Positions 52,823-64,000 of a DNA stretch of 64,000 nucleotides are shown here, piece after piece (position 1 is the first letter of the stretch; every line of letters starts with the position of its first letter). The stretch comes from Octopus vulgaris (taxonomy: Eukaryota). The DNA is taken from assembly GCA_951406725.2 (NCBI GenBank), contig OX597815.1, positions 143,468,001 to 143,532,000 on the forward strand, in the 5' to 3' direction. Both the position numbers and the translations under genes were made by a program. A model generated the notes under the pieces. That model was given only the letters and a program-made list of their open reading frames with translations, was not told the DNA's origin and ran no database searches.

Positions 52823-53899
52823 TCATTTACCATATATCAAAAGAGCATTGTGTTTAACTTAGCTTCTTGTGCATGCTGTGAGATAAACATCAAGAATGAA
52901 GCCAGAATTCTGACAAGATTTACATCATAATATCAACCAATTATTTATCCCATGCAAGTGTGATAAGCAGAATCAAGTGAAATGTTAAGGTTTTAATAAC
53001 TGGATATATCCATCAATGGGGGATATATTTCTGATGACTTTGACAGAATCTCTGCTAGAGATATAGCTGTGCTATCATATTCAGCACAGGAATGAGATTA
53101 ACTAAACTCTGGTTATTTATACAATATTCTTGCATCTTGTAGTAGTTAACTGTACCCCCATCATGGTATCTATTCACAGCCAGGTGGACTGGAGCGTTCA
53201 ATAGTTTAATTTGTGTTGGCCAGTAACAGTGACAGGCCAATAGTTTGGGCCATTAGTTCAACATAGAACGAATGGGACTACCTTTGATCCAATATGTGAT
53301 AATGTCCATTAGTAGTAAACAGACTTGATAAATCCATATTGGAATTGGAAGACATGGCTAATGCAGTTCCAACATCAAAAAGTAGCAGTAGATGTAGTAA
53401 AACCCCAGATATTTCAATGTTCAGTCATCCACATGAAACAAGATATCACCAATCTGTTCTTGATGTTGTTCAAATAATCGTTGGTAATATTGTTTTAAAT
53501 ATTGCTCAGTAATTAAAAAGGAAGCTTCTATGGAGGTATGTATAATAAGAAATTGCATAGAAGGAATTACAGAAGCTACATTACTAGAGAACAATAGCAG
53601 AACAGATTTCACAGATGGCTATGCATGGTTAGCAAATCAAATGTGTGTATATTTCTCTTGATCCTTGCGGGCTCATATTTAGATATATATATACATATAG
53701 TTATATATATATATATATATTTATTTATATACACACACACAAACACATATATATATATAAATACATACATATATACATATGTGTATACATGCATACATGT
53801 CTATAGTCTTATTAATATTTAGCAAAAGCAACAGAGTGACTCAAGGGCAGAGAGTTCCATGTGTTGGCACTTATCAAAGTCATTAAAGTTTGATAAGTG

Positions 53900-56830
<2,931 letters not shown>

Positions 56831-57667
56831 TATAGCACAAATGGCACTGAGGATTTAAAACAACATCAACAACATTATTAACAACAACAACAACAATAAA
56901 AACAACAATCATTAAAAGTGAAGAAATGAAGACTGGCCTTTCTTTTTTCTTTTTTGTTGTTTTTTATTGCAATATTATATGTATATATAACAGTGGTCGT
57001 GGGGAGTTTCTTTAGGGGGAAAGGATGAGGAAGGAGCTGGAAGACAAGGGAAAGAGAGAGCAGTGAGGGGAAGGGAGGAAGGCCAAAGAAAATAAAACAA
57101 AAATGAATTACAGAGGGACTTGCATAGATTTAATATATATGTATTCCCATCCAAAATAGAGATGAGTAGCAATACTTCCATGTGACACGCTTGAACAATT
57201 GTGAAGATTTCTTCACATGAAACCATTGGTTACTTTGGGAGAGGGGAATATAGGTAAGAGAGAAATAACAGAATGAACAGAATAGAGAGCTAACAGTATT
57301 TGCTGCTATTGGGTTCAGATAAACAAATGAGAATATTTACGGTGAAGGCCAGGATTTTAGGCATTGGGTTTCCTAGTTTTTGTTTTGCATAGAATTTAAA
57401 GGAAGAGCTATATAAACAGGTTTCATGTATTCTTTATGAGGATATACATAAGAAACTGGAAAAGCAGGTCCCACCAAATTGGAACCAAATTGGGACCACA
57501 AACTAAATTTTCCCAGCCCCTTTTCCCCATGGCAATAATAAAATTTACGGCACTACAACAACTGAGATTGGCGGTAGATGAAAGTTGTACAAAGAGCATC
57601 TATGAAAGAATAACAACAATAATAATAATAATAATAATAATAATGATAATAATAATAATAATAATAA

Positions 57668-58545
57668 TCCCTTCTACTATGGGCACAAGAGCTGAAATTT
57701 GTGAGGGAGGGTCTAGTCAATTATATTGACTGCAGTGCTAGATTGGTACTTATTTTATTGGGGTCCTGAAATGATGAAAGACAAAGTTAGCTTTAGTGGA
57801 ATTTGAACTCAGAATATAAGGCTGGATAAAAATGCTGCTACTAAAGACATAAGGCCTGAAATTTCTGGGGAAGGGTAAGTCAATTACATCGACCCCAGTA
57901 CTTGACTGGTACTTAATTTATCGACCTCGAAAGGACGAAAGATAAAGTCAACCCTGGCAGAATTTGAACTCAGAACATGCAAACAGACAAAATGCTGCTA
58001 TGCCTTTATCCTGGCTTGCTAATGATTCTGCCAGCTTACTGCCTTAATACTACTACTACTACTAATAATAATAATAATAATAATTATAATAATGACAATG
58101 ATGATCGTAATAATAATGGTTTCAAATTTTGTCACAGGGCCAGCAGTTTTTAAGGAGAATGGGGAAGCCGGTTACATTAATCCCAGTCTTCAACTAGTAT
58201 TTCTTTTATCAACTCCAAAAAGGATGAAAAGCAAAGTCAACCTCAATGGAATTTAAACCCAGAATGTAGAGAACCAGAAGAAAAGTCACTAACCACTTTG
58301 TCCAGCTTGCTAACAATTCTACCAATAGTAGTAGTAGTAGTAATGGTTATGAGCTGGCAGTATTGTTAGCATGCTAGACCAGATATTTTGCAGCATTTCT
58401 TGTTTTTACACTCTGAGTTCCAATTCGGTTGAGATCACCTTTGCCATTCATCCTTTTGGAGTCAATAATATAAGCGCTGGGGTTGATGTAATTGGCTAGC
58501 TCCCTCCCCCAAACTTTTAGGCCTTGTGCCTATAGTAGAAAGTAT
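57668..58545. mobile_element. Cluster of four SINE family A copies (three minus, one plus at 58346-58545)
   Basis: Consensus matches; the last copy is the reverse complement. Confidence 0.85.
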
Positions 58546-60259
58546 TATTATTTTTTCTTCTTTTTCTTTATTTAAAGGAACTTCAAGAACAACAATCTGG
58601 AAATGGGAAATTAAGTAAACCAAAACAATTCTATTTGTGGTAGAAAAGCTTGTTAAACTAGGAGTTAAGAATAAACAATAAAATTCCAGGACTCACAGAG
58701 GTATTTCCCCCCCTCCACCAAATTGTCACTACACAAACATTGTGTAGTGAATACTCAGTGCAACACCTACATAACACTTGACAGTCGTTGTTTATGGTTG
58801 GTAAGTGATAATAATTAATTGAATCTAATAACAAACCTTTGATAAATTATAGTCTAAGAATTGGTGAAAATATTTTAAAAAAACTAATGGTAAAGAGAAC
58901 CACAGACAAATAACGTCTTCTTTCAACTGCTCTTTGATCACCGGCACCATCTCTGAAACCCCCACCCACTAGGCCAGTATTTGTCCCCACTCTCAACAAG
59001 AGAATACATGTGTCTGCCAATCTTTCTGCCACCGTTTTCTCCCTCTGTCTTCCATTCTGTTGTAAATGCAGTGTTGGAAGATATGGGAAGGGCAGGCAGA
59101 AAGTTGTATATAGCACTAATAATATGGATGAGAAAATCAGAGAAGTAAAAGAAGGCAATGATGGATCAATTCCACCTGGAAACCTTTAAGAAACATTCCA
59201 TATAACAACCAAAACAATTAAAAATATAAAATAATCACAAAAACACACAAAAAGGAACATTATCAACAATGTCTTATATATGTATATACAAATAGGAGTT
59301 AAAACAAAAGGAAAAAATACTCAACACAAGTTATGAAGATTAAATATTTGTATTAACAGCTTAACTCAGATCTGCATTACTAAAAGTTTGACAAATGCAA
59401 AAAGCATTTCTGATCATTCAAACAAGATGATACTGAGTGATGAGGAAACCATGGTTTCTAAGTAAAGTTGATTGTCATTGAGTTAGGAGTAATGCTTATT
59501 CTTATTAACCAGTTCAGGTTACACAGAGGAGTCAGAAATTCAATGAGTGGTAGGTACTGTAGCAACCGCCAGGCAGCTACTGGATAGGAGGCAACATTGA
59601 TAAAAAGATAGTAGTCTCCCTTGCTTTTGCTAGAAGTCCAAGTGGAATTTTAAATTTGTGTAAAATTTATTAGTGTTAACAACTAAGGCTCAAAAATTAG
59701 CTAACAGTGAGTTCCATTAATAACATCATTATGAAATTTCAATTTTCTCATAAAGGGAAGGCTAACAAGTTGTTGCAATATGTGAAATTTTTGATACACA
59801 CAAAGGTGGCATTTTATGTACTTTGGGTGAATGGGTGAATAAAGGATGTACTAGGTTATACTGAGCAGGTATACTGTGAATCACAAGATAACATTCAATG
59901 GGTTAACAGTTGCTCAGTAGATCATTGCCCCTCTTGCTCACCCAATACATAAAGCTGCTGTCCTTGTCTCTGTCCCTTAACAAAACTGAACTTTCATACT
60001 TCTACCTTCTACAGAGATCTCTGAAGCTAATTTTAAGCTAACAGTTGCTAACATTATTCTATAAATCTTACTGAAATGTTTAATTATATCAGAACTTCTA
60101 TAAACAAGACCAAAACTGGCAAATAAGAGCCTTATCTAATGATAATCAGAAACCATAGCTGATTCATTACTGAGTCCCATTGAATCTAAATGAGCAGAAG
60201 TGATTTTTGTGCCTGTGAGACTATTAGTAATGCGGATCTAAGTCAAACAGTAAAGACAA

Positions 60260-60302
<43 letters not shown>

Positions 60303-60548
60303 TGTGTGTGTGTGCATATGCATGTGTGTGTATATATATATATAATTATGTACATACTCATGCATATATATCATATATCTCATATACAAGCATATATGAG
60401 ATCTCAAGCTTTGGAATGAAAAAGAAATGGAAAAGGGATCTAGAAACACTGATTCTCTTCTTCAGAACACTAGCATTTTCAGTAGACAAGTTTCAATATT
60501 CTAGTCCCAGCACTCTTCTGTCTCACCATTTCCATAATAATAATAATG

Positions 60549-60604
<56 letters not shown>

Positions 60605-60606
<2 letters not shown>

Positions 60607-61032
60607 CTTTAAATTTTGGCACAAGACCAGCAATTTTTATAGAGAGAGGGATTAGTCAATTTCATCAACCCCAGTTCTCAAATAGTACTTATTTTTAATT
60701 AACCCCAAAACTATGAAAGGCAAAGTTCGCCTCGGTAGTATTTAAGCTCAGCATATAAAGATCTGGGAGAAATGCCACTCAGTATTTTGTGCAACATGCT
60801 AATGATTTTACTTGCTCACCACCCTATATAATAAGCCCTCAGATTTAGGTGGGGACTGTTTAGTCAATTAAACTGCCCTCAGTACTTGATAGGTACTTTA
60901 TGTTATCAACCCAGAAGGATGAAAGGCAAAGTTGACCAAGACGAAATTTGAATTCAAAACATAAGAAGCCAAGATATATGACTCAAGACATTTTGTCCAA
61001 TGCTCTAATGATTTTGCCAATCCACCATCCTT

Positions 61033-61072
<40 letters not shown>

Positions 61073-61101
61073 TGATGATAACAACAATAATAATAATAAT
61101 G

Positions 61102-61136
<35 letters not shown>

Positions 61137-61372
61137 CCTTTCTATTCAAGGCACAGTGCCTGAAATTTGGGGGATGGGGCCAGTCGATTTCATCAACCCC
61201 AGTGTGTACTTATTTAATTGACTTATTTAATTGACCCCGAAAGGATGAAAGGCAAAGTCAGCCCTGGCGGAATTTGAACTCAGAACGTAGTGGCAGACGA
61301 AAGTATACAATATCGTGAGTTTGACAATATCTTCAATCAACAACCTCACGATATTGTATACTGTGCAACATC

Positions 61373-61411
<39 letters not shown>

Positions 61412-61624
61412 CCTTTCTATTAAAGATACAGGGCCTGAAATTTGGTGGGAGGGGACTAGTCAATTATACTGACTCCAGTGCTTCACTGGCACTTAATTTA
61501 TCAACCCTTGAAAGGATAAAAAGCAAAGTGAACCTTGGTGGAATTTGAACTCATAATGTAAGGACGGACAAAATACTGCTAAGCATTTTGCCTGACATGC
61601 TAATGATTCTGCCAGCTCACTACC

Positions 61625-61667
<43 letters not shown>

Positions 61668-62078
61668 TTTCAAACTTTGGCACAAGGCCAGCAATTTCGG
61701 GGGAAAGGATAAATCGATTACATCGACCCCAGTACTCAACTGGTACTTATTTTATCAACCCCAAAATGATGAAAGGCAAAGTCAACCTTGGCAGTATTTG
61801 AACTCAGAACATAAAAGATGGATGAAATGATGGTAAGCAGTTTGCCTGGTGTACTAACAGTTCTGCCAGTTCACCACTTTGCATAATAATAATAATAATA
61901 ATAATCCTTTCTACTATAGACACAAGGCCTGGAATTTGGGAGAAGGAGGCCAGTCGATTAGATTGACTCTGAAAGGATGAGAAGCGAAGTTGAATTTGAA
62001 CTCTGAATGTAGTTGGCAGACGAAATACTGCTAAGCATTTCACCCAGCATGCTAACAATTCTGCTAGTTCGCCGCCTT
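60605..62078 (-). mobile_element. Head-to-tail array of six SINE family A copies separated mostly by (AAT)n
   Basis: Copies at about 60605, 60835, 61135, 61410, 61665 and 61905. Confidence 0.88.
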
Positions 62079-62106
62079 GATAATTATAATAATACTAATA
62101 ATAGTA

Positions 62107-62147
<41 letters not shown>

Positions 62148-63022
62148 GATGATGGTGAAGAGGAGGGGGAAGAGGAGGATGAAGACAAGTGAGCAGAAAC
62201 ATGCATGTGCATTTAGTATGCATTATGTACGCTAGGGGACATTTCTATCGTATGGGCAACAACCAGGACTGACGAGCCAAGCTAGGATCTCAGGGACTGA
62301 TGAAGAGTTTTGTTAAGGACAAAAACACAAGAACAACAACAACAACAACAGCAACGTTAACATCAACAATGACAACAACAACAACAACAATAACAATAAT
62401 AAATTTACTTGTAACTATGCTAGTATTATCAATAATGGGAATGATCAATGTAATGGTGATGGTGGTGGTGGTGGTGGAATTAGCAGTTCTTTCTGCTTTG
62501 AACAGGCAGTGCGTCACCTAGCATATTTGGTTGTTTAGAGTCAAATACAGCCAATTGTCTTTGGGTTTTTTTTTTTTTTTTTTTTAATATACCCAATAAA
62601 ATGAAAGGCAAAAATGAATATTTGCAGTACTTGAACCTAGAATAACAAGGCTCTGAACCAGTCATTGTATAACTGTTCCCTAGTTCAGAGTTTTATAGCT
62701 AGTGATCCAGCCTGTGCTTGATAGTAAGGATGATAAGAATTTAGTTTAACATTAGCAAAAGGCCATCAATTTGAAAGGGAAATTGTAACTCAGTAACTGA
62801 ATTCATCAACTTCGTTGCATAACTGGTCATTTATCTTCTTATTCATGGAGCGATGAAAAGAAAAGTTGATTGCAGCAGGATATGAACACAAATTACTTCT
62901 AAAGCAGGCCTGCGAATATATTTGATTACATTGATCCCAGTAATTGACCGGTACTTTATTTTATCAACCCCCACCAGAAGGAAGAAAAACAAAAGTCAAC
63001 TCAAGTGGAATTTGTACTCAGT

Positions 63023-63058
<36 letters not shown>

Positions 63059-63067
63059 CAAATTATG

Positions 63068-63112
<45 letters not shown>

Positions 63113-63359
63113 TCGATGATGATATCATAAAGCAACAAGTATAGTTGTAATTTTAGTGCCAATATATGGTGGTGATGGTGATGAAGGTGACGATGATGAT
63201 GATGACATGGAGGCGAAGGATTGTAATAGTAATAATAATAGTAATAAAAATATCAATAATGATAATAATAATAATAATAATAATGTTCAAAGTGAAAGTC
63301 ACAAAGATGAGAAAGTATGGAATGAGCAATGTAATCCAAAAGAGATCCGTCAGATTTTC

Positions 63360-63769
63360 ATTGTAGCTAAAGCGTCTGGTTGTCGTGGTTATCTACCCTG
63401 AAGAGCTGATGGGGTTGGAGTCCCTGTCAGCAGGTACCGAGGAGACAGCATCCTTTTGTACTTCTGTACGTGGTGTAGCCGATGGTAGATTTGGCCCGGG
63501 GTATACGATGTCCATTTAAAGGCTAGGGTAGTGGTGACGATAGTAGTAGTGGTAGTAGTAGTAGAAGTACTAGTAGTTGTAGTAGTAGTAGTGGTAGTGG
63601 TAGTAGTGATGATGGTGGTAGTGGTACTAGTAGTAGTGGTGGTGGTTTTATCCCGCGACCCATAATTTTTTGTAATACGTTTTTGTATATATATTTGCCG
63701 TCAATATTACGATGTTGTTGTTGGGGCGGACGGGACAGCGCTATTTGGTTTCCATGTGATGATATACCC
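63360..63769 (-). other. Probable exon (strong acceptor, CpG-rich); terminal exon with UTR or 5'UTR-containing exon, 3' boundary unresolved
   Basis: ttattttttttgtttgtttgcag|GGGTATATC; all three frames stop within the segment; only a weak donor (CAGG|gtagat) is seen. Confidence 0.5.
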
Positions 63770-64000
63770 CTGCAAACAAACAAAAAAAATAACAGGGAGA
63801 TAGTTGATCATTCTGGTTGTTTATAGGTTTACAGGGAAGGGTGGGATTGGGTGGGGTTGGAAACGACAAGCGTTAGGGAGATTTTTTGAGTAAAGCTGAA
63901 ATGGCTTTACAGAAAAATGGACCAAACCGGATGAGGGATTAGGGGAGAAGGCGGGAGACAATATAGGGGCCTCAGATGAGAATATTAAGTAATACAAGTG

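Noticed and set aside
53300-53560. Possible CR1-like RT relic (ITND..., FHVDD, KYLG) on minus
   Set aside because: Too degraded to support from sequence alone.
58847-59158. 103-aa minus-strand ORF in unique sequence
   Set aside because: No convincing donor and no recognisable motif.
62268-62325. Two CTGAnGA motifs (ctgacga, ctgatga)
   Set aside because: No appropriately placed GAAA or stems.

Overview
This is eukaryotic, AT- and microsatellite-rich DNA. The repeat complement (tRNA-derived SINEs, RTE and CR1 LINE ends, hAT/piggyBac/mariner MITEs) is typical of an Octopus-like coleoid cephalopod; this is inferred from recalled repeat families, not from a database search. Almost all ORFs in the track are microsatellite artefacts. 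The window is largely intron of a minus-strand gene. Three well-supported small exons (16001-15906, 10851-10787, 907-855) splice in frame, and a candidate internal first exon (MKNGV, 17654-17640) lies behind an octamer + CCAAT motif pair. The product is Pro/Ser-rich and I cannot name it. Points of interest: (i) about ten hammerhead-ribozyme-like motifs of the Penelope-retroelement type, some arranged as head-to-head foldbacks with one motif per strand; (ii) two locally templated insertions with microhomology junctions; (iii) two reading frames open across the same three exons; (iv) a strongly strand-biased SINE family stacked head-to-tail in (AAT)n tracts. All coordinates and alignments were read by eye, so repeat boundaries are approximate.
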